From Podarcis pityusensis (lineage: Eukaryota): 64,000 nucleotides of DNA. The stretch lies in the NCBI GenBank assembly GCA_964106645.2, contig OZ067046.1; one strand, given 5' to 3'. The notes under the pieces were generated by a model that did not search any database, was not told the origin of the DNA, and worked only from the letters and a program-made list of their open reading frames with translations. Shown piece by piece: positions 12,797 to 25,965 of this stretch (position 1 is its first letter; every line of letters begins with the position of its first letter). The position numbers and the translations under genes were made by a program.

Positions 12797-14650
12797 CACT
12801 ACAGACGTCTTTTACAAACATGCACATGTAGTTGTCTCTGATTAGAAGAGCATAGGTTTGCTGTGCCAGTCTGAACAGAGGTCCAGTGGCAGACTGTGAA
12901 GAGGCATGGAGTTTACTCTTCAATATTTTGTTAATGTTCCTTGGATTAGGAGTAGCGATTTCAAGAGACAACCAGGGATGTATCTACTTGTAGGGACTGG
13001 TAGCGTTCAGGCATCATGGTAAGCAGTAGTTGATGGTTTACCAGGGTCATGCCTGTTTTGCTGCTTCTGGTCTCACTGGGGAGAAACCAACCTTGGTGCA
13101 TAAGAAAAGCCCTGCTGGATCAGACTAAAGACCGATGTAGTTTGGTGTCTTAAAGCAGCCAACATTATGGCCATGGGAAGCCCTCAGGCAGCATATGAGC
13201 CCAGCAGCACTCTCCTCCCTTGTGCCTCTCACTATTTTAAAACCTTGCAGCATAAACAGAGTTCTCTCTGTCCACAATATCCTGCTTTCAATGGAACAAA
13301 CACTGATAGGCATTCAAATACACCTGTATTGGAGATGTGCATTTTAGGTATGTATGCGAATGTGTATTCCACCAAAAGGAAGATCGTGTGAATAGATGAC
13401 ATTCTGTACTTGAATGCACATTTGATTTTGGCTGATTGTTCCCAGTCCAGCTAATGATATTTGCAGAAAGCTACTTCTGCATATGGATCTCCTTCAGTGG
13501 ATAAGTCAAGGAAGTGTAAGAGTGTGATCAGAGAAGAGAGCTGGAAACAAATTCCGTCTTCGCCCCTTACCGTCATCTGTTTCGTCCATGTCATTTTGTT
13601 ATTTGCAGAAGGGCAGCACAATTTCCCCACTTTAATCTTGCACTCTGCCGCCATGCTTCAAATTTGAAGAAATACTACTTTTTCACTTTTATGGGTTTTC
13701 AGTCTTCTTACATGTTCCCTTTTGCCCCGCTGAGAAGTAAACAAGGGAGTCCTGTACAGTATCGTTTTTCAAACCCACTGCCATCCTAAGCCATTTGAGA
13801 CCAGTTTTTCAAACAAACAGTACAAAAGCTTCTAAAGTCAATGAAAGAAAGCCATCTAGAAAAGCTTTCTCACTCAGCCCTCTAGAAGCATTTTGTTCAA
13901 ATATTAGCCTTTCCAATCATTCAAACTTGTAGTCTGGTGAATCTAATGTCAAACAATGAAACCATCAAAACAGGTAAAAAAAGCTGTACTACTACATGGT
14001 GATATATATATCTTTCTGCTTTCCTGCTGCTATCTCATGTTTACTTTAAACAAAATGGAGTAATAGAATAGAACACTGCATTTAAAATACAAGGTTGTAC
14101 TTTTTAAAAACAACAACACCCCCACATTATACAGTCCTGAAACAGTCATACCAATACTGTTCTGTTCAGTTTTGAAGGCAGCGCTCAAATGGGATAATTA
14201 GAGATATGGGTTGAATTATCTCTTTTGTGATGTAATTAACTGCAAAGATTCATATTGTGCCTTTTTAATTAGGTCTGCCCGGCCACTTTAGCCAATCCAC
14301 ACCCTTCTGCACTACAGGTGCAGGGCAGGTGGGGATAGCTGAGGGTGGGTCTTAGTTGAAATATTATTTGCAGACACAGCTGACCAGCTCTTCAGTGGTG
14401 CCAACAAAGCCTCTTTCAAAGGGCATGATGAGATAGTGCTTTGAGAGGGGGCTCTTTAATACATTTTCAGAAGCCCTTCTCAAAGTTTTCTGCACCACTT
14501 TGAATGGAGCTTCGGAAGATCCAATGGTCAGGCAATTGTCATATCTTCAGAGGTCCACTTCAAAGCGCTGTGCTTATTGACCGGCAGGGGGCTCTGCCCA
14601 TCTTGTCAGATTTGACCCATAGGGGGTTCTTCTTGTTGTTATTAATATAA

Positions 14651-14899
14651 GCAGAGGGCCTTCTCGGTAGTGGCACCCGCCTTGTGGAATGCCCTCCCAC
14701 CAGATGTCAAAGAGAACTAGATGTCAAAGAGAACAACAAGATGTTTTAGAAGACATCTGAAGGCAGCCCTGTTTAGGGAAGCTTTTAATGTTTGATGGAC
14801 TACTGTATTTTAATATTTTGTTGGAAGTCGCCCAGAGTGGCTGGGGAAACCCAGCCAGATGGAGGGGGTATTGTTGTTGTTGTTGTTGTTGTTGTTGTT
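14651..14899 (+). mobile_element. L2 3'-end fragment (same family as 58665-60854)
   Basis: Closely matches ~60595-60800; ends in (TTG)n. Confidence 0.9.
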
Positions 14900-15132
14900 A
14901 ATTTGCCACCCCTCTGACTGGGTTGCCCCAGCCCCTCTGGGGTGGCTCCCAACAAAAATAGTAAAAGCCCAATACAACATCACATGCTAAAAACTTCCCT
15001 GAACAGGGCTGCCTTCAGATGTCTTTTAAAAATCACGTCTGTTTGACATCTGCTGGGAGGGCATTCACAGGATGGGCACAACTACCGAAAGGGCCCTCTG
15101 CCTCAATTCCTGTAACCTCACCTCTCGCAGTG
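14900..15132 (-). mobile_element. L2 3'-end fragment, inverted and more diverged
   Basis: Reverse complement matches ~60565-60800 (e.g. cttccctgaacagggctgccttcagatgtc). Confidence 0.88.
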
Positions 15133-15379
15133 GCTAAAAGTTTCCCGACCTCTCTGCTTTAATAAATATAAAGGTGCTTAATTCTCCTCTACCAGAAGAG
15201 GACTTGATTTCTTTGTCAATTATGTCACAAGAATGGTTCTCTGAAAAGCAGGGTCCAAGCTTACACACCAAAATGATAATTTAAGGCACTTGTATTATTT
15301 GGCAGCCTGACTGTACAAGCCAAATGCGCCAGTAAATAGGTGTTACACTAGTTAGAAATGCTGTGCTGGCAAGATATTA

Positions 15380-15588
15380 CAGTGGTACCTCAGGTTACAT
15401 ACGCTTCAGGTTACATACTCCGCTAACCCAGAAATAGTGCTTTAGGTTAAAAACTTTGCTTCAGGTTCAGAACAGAAATCGTGTTCCGGTGGCGCGGCAG
15501 CAGCAGGAGGCCCCATTAGCTAAAGTGGTGCTTCAGGTTAAGTACGGACCTCCGGAACGAATTAAGTACTTAACCCGAGGTACCACTG
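15380..15588. mobile_element. Tc1/mariner MITE family A (orientation opposite to 699)
   Basis: Same TIRs and TA TSD. Confidence 0.9.
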
Positions 15589-15919
15589 TACAGCTCGAGG
15601 CATTGGACCAGTGCTCAAATAGCTGATGGAGGACATTGCACTGAAACATCAATATTTTGAAACTATTGGAGTGCAGTCACCATGTGCAGCAAATCTTGCA
15701 GCAAAACTGGGTCAAGGAGTGCCCCAGAACTGCAGACCTGATATTTTTTATTTCTTTAGCAATAATGCCATCCCATCCAAAACAAACAACAACTCTATTC
15801 TTTGATTTGCATTCTTCCTGACCAGTGGCAACTCTAATGTCCTGGTTAGGTTCAGGTCTGTTGACCCATATCCAGTCCATTGATCTTAGTACCAACAGCC
15901 TCCATGGACTCAGATGAAA

Positions 15920-15921
<2 letters not shown>

Positions 15922-15968
<47 letters not shown>
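15922..15968. repeat. (GA)n microsatellite
   Basis: Direct reading. Confidence 0.97.
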
Positions 15969-15970
<2 letters not shown>

Positions 15971-16634
15971 GGGTGTCATCAGCATACTGATGGCACCAAG
16001 CCCCTAATCCCCAGATGATCCTGTTATTTTTAGTAGTTGTTAAAATGTATGGTTGCAGCTTGGAATTATATTGTAGGGCAGCAGAAGATTATGATCAGAA
16101 ATGTGCATATTTGATGCTGAAAAGCTAAGAATTGGGACATATTTAAACAGACTTAAATGGATTGTTTCCTTGTGGTTGATCTCTGAATGGCTTTTGCCTG
16201 TTACTTGGTTGCTGGCGTGTTCTGGAAAGCATAGAACTGTGGTGTATGCTGGCAGGAGAAAGAGTAGAGGCTTAATAAGGAGTTTAATGAGTCTTTACAG
16301 GAGATAATGGGATTTACATGCTCAAAAGTTTGGGATTACTTCTGAATTTAATCCCTGCCAGTCTCTAAGCGGACACGTTTATCTTGGTTTATATTGCTTG
16401 GATGCAAGTAAATCTGAAGGTAGCAATCCATAAACAAACAAATAAATAAAAACCAGGCCAATCTAGTATGTATAAAAATAAGAGTGTGTTTGATTGTTTT
16501 GCAGTTTGAAACAATGGTTCAAAACATAATGCACCCCTTTATGTTAAATTTTTTTTATGGTGCTGCCACCACATGTAACAGATTCCTTGTGGCAGATGTA
16601 TTGTATGGCCCTGAGGCATACCTTGGAAGCAGGC

Positions 16635-16678
<44 letters not shown>
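16635..16678. repeat. (AGAT)n microsatellite
   Basis: Direct reading. Confidence 0.97.
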
Positions 16679-18380
16679 TCTGAATGAGTGAGGTTTGCTT
16701 GAGGAAACATGTGCTGAGAGCAGTATATTTTACTGCTTGCAAATGATTGTAAGATGGAGGCAGATTTAGCACAGAATTTTTCTTCCGCAGTGCTGCAAAC
16801 CTCCTTTCACGACAGAACAATCAGGCAAGCGTACCGATAAATCAAATGCTACTTCCAGCCCATCTGTCTGAACCCTCCCTGTCTGATCGCTCCATACTGC
16901 TGCTTCTCCCACGTCCAGGTGAGGGAACTTAATAAAGTGCCCTGCAGCTCAGTTCCTGAGATGGAATAGCACAACCTGATCACAACTCAGGCACCTGGCA
17001 GTGGTCCACTATATTAACTCTCCCCAGCTGGAGGATGAGGAGGAAGCAATAGTGAGGTGAAAAGGGAGGCTGTCTGGTGAGCAGGAAGCTGTAGGAATGA
17101 TGAGCTTATAGGGGGATAAAAGGATCTTTCAGCATGCTCACCTGATAATACAACTGGGAAGGTTTGCCATGTTGTGAATGGGTGTGAGCCTTCTTTTTAT
17201 ATTTTTATTATACCTGTCTTCAGCTGCAATCAAATCTGTGTGTGATTTAAGAGTGCTACTTCAGCATTCCAGTAAACTATAAGGATACATGGCTTTTGGA
17301 CTGAAATATAAAGATATGAGAGGCCAATTCATCTTACCGCCTTAGAATGCCTACATTTACCTTCCTAGACTCTGTACTGTTGTTCTCTGGCCATCAAGCC
17401 CATATCTTAAGGACCTGTTTCCTTTCCCTGCATTCTGCCACTTAAGAGACTATTGCCTGCAAAATCAGCAGATTCCTTATCTTGGCATCTGCATGCTGCT
17501 TAAAGAGACTGAGGAAGTAGTTTGGCGCGCAGGCACACGTGCTCACAGTAGTTTTGCCGAAACTTGTTCCTACATTTCCTGACTGCTGATAACATAGTGA
17601 GTGTTTCTGTGAAATATCAGGTATGAGATAAAATATTAACCTTTGATCCATTGCAAGAAGTCCTACCTTCTTCCTTGGCAACAGGCACACACAAATACTC
17701 AAACAATGATGCAATTGTTGCTTTATTGATTTGAGATAGCTAGGCAAGTGCCGTATTTTACTTACATTAACATTATTGCTTATTATCACTCCCATTTATT
17801 TCAGTTACACTCTTTTAAAGAGTAATGGAGAAAGAGGACCGCTGCTAAAGTGATACACACGCCCAATCCCAAGAATGTTTCCTTGCCTTCTCGACTGCTG
17901 AAATTGTATTTAGGGCCGCAGAGTAAGAGCCTGTTTCTAAATTACCAAGTAACATTGCTAAAGTACTTAAATAAAGGAACTTATTTAAGCTCCAGTTAAG
18001 CCAAATAGTCCAATAGAACCACTCATGCTTAAAATGAAAAACATTCTAAAACGTCTTGCCAAATGACTACATCCAGGAATGCATCTCTGGCTTTGAGGCA
18101 TAATGGATGGATTTGAGACTTAATGGATGCAATCGTCAAGATGCGTTTGGAGTACAAATGTGAATTTTAGAAGAAGACTTTACCATTAAGTAGCTGTCTA
18201 TGAAGGTATTTTGGAGAACTATATTATGGTTTTCCAAAACAACCACAATCAGGTTGCTGTTGCTGTGTTTTGTAAAATACTCTCATCGCTTCTGTCTGCC
18301 ATGTTGCTTTTCAGTGCAAGCCACTAAAATGTGCAGGTGAAAAAAATGTACCGGAAGATAGGAACACCCATGCTCTAGAC

Positions 18381-18516
18381 CAGGCATAGGCAAACTCAGC
18401 CCTCCAGATATTTTGGGACTACAACTCCTATCATCCCTGACCACTGGTCCTGTTAGCTAGGGATGATGGGAGTTGCAGTCCCAAAACATCTGGAGGGCCG
18501 AGTTTGCCTATGCCTG
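18381..18516. mobile_element. Palindromic hAT MITE (URR1-like)
   Basis: Whole element is an imperfect hairpin CAGGCATAGGCAAACTC...GAGTTTGCCTATGCCTG; TSD CTCTAGAC/CTCTAGAG; decayed relatives near 20890-21010, 25420-25555, 38250-38585 and 47690-47790. Confidence 0.9.
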
Positions 18517-18689
18517 CTCTAGAGAGTCTTGTCAGATGGACAGCCTGGAAGGATAAGTGTTCACCATCATTCTGTCAGATGGTGGAACACATTAAGGATG
18601 TATAATCTTTTGAAATCTAGAGGGTGCCCTTCCAGAAGATTAGAGGTCAACAAAGTCCGACTGAAAGTGTATCTAAGTACTGTTCAGTA

Positions 18690-18920
18690 CAGTGGGACAC
18701 TTTAAGAACAGCTTAGTTTATGAACAACTTGGATTAAGAACACTGCAAACCTGGAAGTAGGTGTTTTGGTTTGTGAACTTTGCCTTGGAAGCAGAATGTG
18801 TTGAGTGTGTTCCATTTGTAAATTGGGTCCCCTGCTGCTATGGGAAAGCACACCTTGGTTTAAGAACACTTTGGTTTAAGAACGGACTTCCAGAACGGAT
18901 TAAGTTCATAAACCAAGGTA
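18690..18920. mobile_element. Degenerate Tc1/mariner MITE (related to 47110-47360, inverted)
   Basis: TACAGTGG start; internal ttaagaac repeats; right TIR truncated. Confidence 0.65.
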
Positions 18921-19110
18921 AAAATCCCAGCATTGACTCTTACCGCAAACTAGAAATTAGTATTTAAATGTAATGCAACTGTGAATAAATCTTGGCATAT
19001 AGTATTGTTTGTTGACTCGTATTTGGACCACTTTCCATGTTCTTCCCCTCTCTGTCTCTTCTCCTGTATTCTGCCCCAAGGATTAACAAATTGCTTGTTT
19101 ATATTTGCAG

Positions 19111-19172
19111 GTCTAATTACAACAACATCAAGGAAACTTGATCGGGAGCAGCAAGCAGAACACATATTAGAG
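19111..19172 (+). CDS. FAT1: FAT1 exon 4 equivalent (62 nt)
   Basis: ttgcag|GT...GAG|gtaaat; GLITTTSRKLDREQQAEHILE; phase matches both neighbouring exons. Confidence 0.95.
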
Positions 19173-19942
19173 GTAAATTATGATGCTTAATTTCTTCATT
19201 TTAGCAGTTGTCTTGTATATCTTCATTACAAATTGGCTTCCCTGTGTGTCATTGGTTGTCTCCGGAGTTGGTGAAGCTCATCTGGCAGCAACAAGAAACT
19301 GAACCTTTAGTGTCATCAGCCTAGTCCTGTGGAATTCACTTTCTGTTTTAATCTTTAAAGTCTGCTGGAAACTTTTATTTGCTGTCAATTAATTAACAAC
19401 AACAACAACAAAAATAATACCTGCAATGGTTACTCAAAATTATGCTGGCAGGGCAGGAAATCAGGTTAGAATAAGGAGTCAGCCCAAGGTAGATAGAAGT
19501 AGCTTATCCTAATAAATCTCCTCTTCACTTTATATGGGTTAGGCACTCAATGGTTTGTTTGTTTTTATCTCAGTGATTTTCATTCTTGCGAGCTACCCTG
19601 GTGCCTTGTTAATGTGAAGTACGGCAAATAAAATGCTTTAAAAGAAATAAGCATCCTTGCACCAAAGGATTGGGGGTTGTTAAAACCCTACCCCAACTCC
19701 CCAAACCGGCTCTAGTTGTGGGTGACACACCTTGTCTTCCTGTGTTAAGATACAAGAGACTGCAAATCTCTTTCCCAAACAGCCGAGCTCTCCTTTCCTC
19801 GGAAGTGTGAAATGGGGCTCAGAGATAGTTCTTACTCCAGGTTTCCACACAACCCTATTTCCTTGGAAGGGGTGGGTTTAGCTTCTCTCCATCCCTATTG
19901 TGATTATATACTTATCTCCTTGGCTCGGGGGTTGCATTACTC

Positions 19943-20075
19943 CATACCCTCCCAACATTTCTCTGATGCAAATAGGGATGTCTTAAAGAAAAGTGGAATA
20001 TTTTGGGATCAAACCAGAATGGCTTCTGTAAATACAGTACTGTCCTTGGAAAATAGGGGCACTTGGGAGGGTCTG
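19943..20075. mobile_element. Old hAT-like MITE
   Basis: 13-bp TIR CA(T/G)ACCCTCCCAA; no TSD recognisable. Confidence 0.6.
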
Positions 20076-22169
20076 GAGCCAGCTGCTGTGGTGATACTCT
20101 ATATATTTGCCAATGGAAACACATGTAAATCCACTTACCATTGTGAACAAGCAGTCCAACATGTTGCTGATCCCTTATATTGGAAACAAAAACAAAACTA
20201 TTGCACCCTATAGCATTGGATTCTGTGGCGGCTTCAGCAGCCTTGAAGACTCCCGCTCAGTAGGCCACGTGTACCTCCTGCTCAGTGGCAGGTTAAGGTT
20301 CCAATTTATCAAATACCACTGGCTGAGTTCTTGAAGGCTATTTTATTTTCACAGTATTTCTGTTTACCGTGTGTTTATATCCGCCCTTGGTGATAGCTGT
20401 GCTGCCTTCAGAAACAAGAGGGAAATCTTTTGATATTCATAGAATGCATATCCTTGGCTATGCAGTTTTATAAGTATATAGAAGAGGGAGTGTAACGTCA
20501 GTGGGAGAGTCTGAAAGGGAAAATTGTGCAAACAAGCCAGAGGTATGCCACTATTTGCAAAACTGCCAGGATTCTATAATGTAAAGCTACTACTACGAAA
20601 TACAATTTAGATGATTGCTTTTTTTTCTTTATAGCCCAGTAAGTGGCTTTCAGCAGCTCTTGAGTCTGGCAGAAATGTTTTCCCAGTCCTTCTACCTGAG
20701 TTTTTTTATGAAATGTACAATTCTTAGGTCTCTTTGCAAGACAATCTGCCTTGTTTTAACTAACTGTAGTTAGGCTTCATTGATGTGCATTCTGGTAGAT
20801 TCTCCTGTTTCAGAAGATTGTGCTTCCTGGTGGGTGACTGAACTTCTTTGTTGATGATCACTGGTGTAGATCAGGAGTGATGAAATCGTATGTGGCCCTT
20901 CACATGTTTTTGAAATACAACTCTGACCATCTCTGACCTGTGGCCGTGCCGGCTGGGGCTGATGGGAGTTGGTATCTAATGATATCTGGAGATCCACAAA
21001 TTTCCATCTTTGGAATAGATGGTCATCTGAGCTGGTCCTTAAGGTAGTGCCTCAAAAGAGCAATGTGGTGTTTATTTTTGTGGGTTTTTTACAGACACCA
21101 CATACTACGGCTACATGTGCATGGCATACTTTTGAGAGCACCCTTGTGGTGTTGGGAGGGGAAGACACATAAAAGAGCAATGTTTTCCATTAACAAAGAA
21201 TATCTACCATGGTAGATTTAGATTAGGAATTGCACAAGGCTTTGCTTCCATATCTTTTCTAATACTAATTTTAATTTCTTTAAACAAATGGTAAAATAAA
21301 TTGAACTGATTAAATTTCATCGGTGCCAAGTGCTGGTCCCTGTCTCCCGCTCTGCCTCCCTCTCACTTCGTTTTCCTTTGTTGACTTGCGGAAGAGCATG
21401 TTGCCCAAATCAATAAAACCTTAATTTGGGCACTGCAATGTTTGAAAAAAGAAAAGTTATGGGTTTTTTGTTTTTACATTTAAATGAAGTATTTCGAACA
21501 GCTTCCCTCAGTTCTTTTATGTTTATATCTTTACAAAAAGCGGTTTGGGATGGAGTCCAAGATATTTGCAGAATGGTGGCAATATTATCAGCAGCTTGTG
21601 CCAAATGCTGTGCATCTGGCTAATTAATTGAGCATTAAAGTGTTGACCAGATGGACTGGCAAGTTTATCCTTGTTTGCTATTAAAATTTATCTCACATTT
21701 CCCTCTTGTTTGCATAGTAACAACTATAAATATGGTGCATTCCATTTCATGAAAACATTTTACTGGATTTTATAGGAAACAATTAAATGGAGTCTTGCTT
21801 TTAAATACGGCATGCTTTTGTGTGTTTCATCAGACTCTCCTGTCTCGGAATATAGTTCTTTCCATTTTATTTTTCTCCTCTGTGACAAAGGACAGTTTCA
21901 GATTGAAATTTTAAAGAGCGGTTTCACAAGGACTTACTACTTCTTCACTCAGAAGCTTAACAGTACATTCCTAAACATATTGACTCAGAAATTAAGCCTA
22001 CTTTGTTCAATGGAACTTACTCTCAGTTAAGTCTGCATAGCACTGCAATGTTGGGTGGCTTTTTAATCACTGTGTCTGCTGAATTCACATTGCTACACTA
22101 CCAGTATATATGTATTTTTGTTGGGACCTGAACATCAAATGCTGTATGAATCAGAGGCTGGTGATAGAT

Positions 22170-22402
22170 AAGGGGTCAGCAAACTTTTTCAGCAGGGGGC
22201 CGGTCCACTGTCCCTCAGACCTTGTGGGGGGCCAGACTATATTTTGAGGGGGAAAAGTGAACTAATTCCTATGCCCCACAAATTACCCAGAGATTCATTT
22301 TCAATAAAAGGACACATTCTACTCATGTAAAAACATGCTGATTCCCGGACCGTCCACGGGCCAGATTTAGAAGGCGATTGGGCCTTAGTTTGCCTAACCA
22401 TG
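22170..22402. mobile_element. hAT (MER30/Charlie-like) MITE
   Basis: Imperfect TIR (aaggggtcagcaaact / agtttgcctaaccatg); perfect 8-bp TSD TGATAGAT. Confidence 0.88.
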
Positions 22403-23270
22403 TGATAGATGGTCGAACCAATCAACATACTCTATCCAGAACTGTGTAGGAAATACAGATGCAGCTTCTGGCTTGGCCATGAAACTCTTTGGGTGGTCTT
22501 GGACAAGTCAAGTTCTCCCAGCCTACTATTCCTCATAGGATCATTTTGTGGCTAAAATCCTTCTCTGAGAAGGGTGTGGTAAAAATACAATAAAAGCTGA
22601 TTGACTGTTCTAAACTGGCAATACAGTAGATGAATAAACCAGATGTTCTTTATTTCAAGACATCTCCATTCACTTTTATACTAATACTGTACATGTATGC
22701 AGTTCTTTTCTCTTTTTAAGAAAAATAGCTCTTCTCAAGCAATTTCATTTTACGGTATTTTATTTGGTCTGCTTAGAAGGCCAAGTTTTATTTATACTGG
22801 GGTGGTGAAGCTCTTCCCGTGAGCCACATCTGGTCCACCAGAATTTCCCATTTGGACAGCCTGGTCGTTTAGGGCAAGCCATGTATACAACTAATTTTGC
22901 TTCGGAAACCTCCTTACATGTGCAGAAGGGTTGAAAAAGTGCAAGAGGCTTGCAAGTGCAGTTACTCAGTTACCAAAACATTATTATTTTTTCAGCAGCT
23001 TGCAGTGAAGGTTTGTGTCAGGTGCTGTTGCGGTTGCTTGAGAGTATTTACAGTGAAGAGCCCCAAAGCTCATGTCTGGCTCAATCACTAGCAGAATCCA
23101 GGAGTGGTCTTTTTTTGTACCTCCCCCAGCATAAAAGTTTCGTTACCCCAAACCGTTTCCGCCCCTCTCTGCACCCCAGACTACTGCGCAGGATGGGAGA
23201 CGGCAAGGGCGTGCTTCCCTCCTCTCTGGCTTGGTCAGGAGCAGTGTTTAGGCTCTCACTAGCATCCTCT

Positions 23271-23613
23271 AGCGATGCGGGTGGGTTAAACCACAGAGCC
23301 TAGGACTTGCCGATCAGAAGGTCGGTGGTTCGAATCCCTGCAACGGGGTGAGCTCCCGTTGCTCGGTCCCTGCTCCTGCCAACCTAGCAGTTTGAAAGCA
23401 CGTCAAAGTACAAGTGGATAAATAGGTACCACTCCAGTGGGAAGGTAAATGGCGTTTCCGTGCGCTGCTCTGGTTCGCCAGAAGTGGCTTAGTCATGCTG
23501 GCCACATGGGAGCTGTACACTGGCTCCCTCGGCCAATAAAGCGAGATGAGAGCCGCAACCCCAGAGTCAGCCACGACTGGACCTGATGGTCAGGGGTCCC
23601 TTTGCCTGTATCT
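23271..23613 (+). mobile_element. Sauria-type SINE
   Basis: Pol III B box GGTTCGAATCC at 23327-23337; 11-bp TSD TAGCATCCTCT. Confidence 0.9.
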
Positions 23614-24204
23614 TAGCATCCTCTGGTCCTTGCACCTCTTCCCCACTGGGGGTGGGGCTTTCCACCTCCCCGGAAGAGGAACTGCTGCGCAAGAATTTTC
23701 GTAGGCTCCCTGTAACACAACTGTCCTTCTATTTCTCTCCTCTGTGCCGATGGCAGTTCCCTAACAGTTTGCAAAATAACAAGGTTTGGCTCACAGGGGT
23801 GAACAACATTTGCATTACTCTCCCCCCCCTTTAAATGCCACATTTTTTTCTTTTTACAGCCTGACCTTTGTACAAGCAGTTTTATTTTGTCTGTGTGACA
23901 TAACGGCATGTTTAAAGTGTGTTTTCTTGCCGTTTCTTCCAGTCTGATGAATTTGCATTTTTGGAGCAACAAAAATGGACTTGAGATAAGCAAGGTTTAA
24001 AAAGAATATTTAAGTATTGCCAATGAACTTGCACCGAAATGTCTTGAAGATATAAATTCTTCCAACTTTTTAAGGAACCAGAGTTCTGTTTCACTACCTG
24101 TTGCTTTAAGCTATGTCAGTCCTACTAGTGGCCAGACACATGCTAGAATCCCCCCTCTTATTTTTTTCTGTTTATGCAAATGGGATTTTTTTTGTCGTCA
24201 ATAG

Positions 24205-24534
24205 GTAACAGTTGCAGACAGCGGTATACCAGCAAAGTCGACTCTCGCCCGCGTCATTGTGAAGATCTTAGATGAAAATGATAGCAGGCCTCAGTTCTTA
24301 CAAAAGTTCTATCAGATCAAATTGCCTGAGCGTGAGAAACCAGAGAGAGAGAGGATTACCAGGAGGGAGCCTATCTATCGTGTAGTAGCTGCAGATAAAG
24401 ATGAAGGTCCCAATGCAGAAATATCTTACAGCATTGAAGATGGTGATGAGCAAGGCAAATTTTTTATCGACCCAATAACTGGAGTGGTCTCCTCTAAGAA
24501 GTATTCTGGAGCTGGGGAATATGACATTCTTACA
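24205..24534 (+). CDS. FAT1: FAT1 exon 5 equivalent (330 nt)
   Basis: atag|GTA...ACA|gtaagt; [31 protein letters not shown]...[18 protein letters not shown]...GEYDILT; the EREKP..RREP stretch matches FAT1 as I recall it. Confidence 0.96.
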
Positions 24535-25060
24535 GTAAGTAATATTTCAGTTTTGACATTCTATCAGTATCTTAAAGCGCTTACTATGCAGTCAGAGGAC
24601 TTGGGAAATCTGATACCGAATTAGACGAGATTTCTTTAAAAGAGTGCAACGCAGGTGTGTTTCTTTTCCAGTTGAAATACAAAATACGAAAATACGACGC
24701 TTAATTTATTTTCAGGAATTAAAAGAAGTTAATTGCATTGGCATTCTACCTGCTCATCAGAGATTATAAAAGAGTTTCCTATGCTGCGTGGATTTGTTAA
24801 ATTACAAAAAAAAGTCTGAGGTTGCAATTCTGTGGTATCTACATTGGAGAAAGCTCCATTGGACTCAATGGGATTTTTGAGCAGACATGTATAGCATTGT
24901 TTTGTAATGCTCCCTCAGGTTTACAGAACTTAATTTCATGGTTCTTGGCCTCTTGTCACTGAGAGTGCTGTCATCTTTAATTTCTGCATGTCTTTGTTTT
25001 GTATGTGATCTGTCCTGGTTTACATGATTTTTTTTTCCAATCTTGTGCTATATTTATTAG

Positions 25061-25271
25061 ATTAAAGCAGTGGATAATGGTCGCCCCCAAAAGTCTTCAA
25101 CAGCTCGGCTTCATATAGAATGGATCCCAAAACCCAGTCCGGCCCCTGAACCGATTTCTTTTGAAGAATCCTTTTTTTCTTTTACTGTCATGGAAAGTGA
25201 TCCAGTGGCTCACATGATTGGAGTAATAGCTGTGGAGCCTCTTGGCACTCCACTCTGGTTTGATATTACAG
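25061..25271 (+). CDS. FAT1: FAT1 exon 6 equivalent (211 nt)
   Basis: ttag|ATT...ACAG|gtaaga; [21 protein letters not shown]...PLWFDITG. Confidence 0.96.
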
Positions 25272-25568
25272 GTAAGACTATTTGATGACGAATGTTCATC
25301 GGGAATTATGCGGTGATTATCTAGGCTGTTGTTCATAGATTTGATATGTTCTAATCCCAAAATGAAAATGGCTTCTAAGAAGAAATTAAGCAGGAGTTAT
25401 TCCTGCGTGTATAAGCTAGCAGTAGCCAAAGTGGTGCTCTCCTGAAGTTGCCCAACTCCAAATACCATCAGCACTAGCCAGAGTGGCCTGTGGTCAGGGA
25501 TGATGAGATTTGTAGTCCAGCAACTTTTAGGGCGCACCATGTTGAATATACTTGCTATAAAGAATATA

Positions 25569-25847
25569 CAGTGGTGCCTCGCAAGATGAAATTAATCCGT
25601 TCCATGAGTCTCTTCGTCTTGCGGTTTTTTCGTCTTGCGAAGCACGGCTATTAGCGGCTTAGCGGCTATTAACGGCTTAGCGACTTTAAGAAAAAGGAAA
25701 CAAACTCGCAAGAAATCGCAAGACGTTTCGTCTTGCGAAGCAAGCCCATAGGGAAATTCGTCTTGCGGAACGACTCAAAAAACGGAAAACTCTTTCGTCT
25801 AGCGAGTTTTTCGTCTTGCGAGGCATTCGTCTTGCGGGGCACCACTG
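25569..25847. mobile_element. Tc1/mariner MITE family B (GCAAGACGAA-repeat type)
   Basis: TA-CAGTGGTGCCTCGCAAGA...TCTTGCGGGGCACCACTG-TA. Confidence 0.9.
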
Positions 25848-25901
25848 TATTGTTAACCAGAGGTTTCATTGCAATCAAGTGGCGTATAAATTTTATGCTA
25901 T

Positions 25902-25910
25902 CTCTGTCTG

Positions 25911-25952
<42 letters not shown>

Positions 25953-25965
25953 ATCTATCTATCTA
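25902..25965. repeat. (TCTA)n microsatellite
   Basis: Direct reading. Confidence 0.96.

Noticed and set aside
23271-23340. tRNA gene (B box GGTTCGAATCC)
   Set aside because: It is the tRNA-derived head of a SINE; no full cloverleaf
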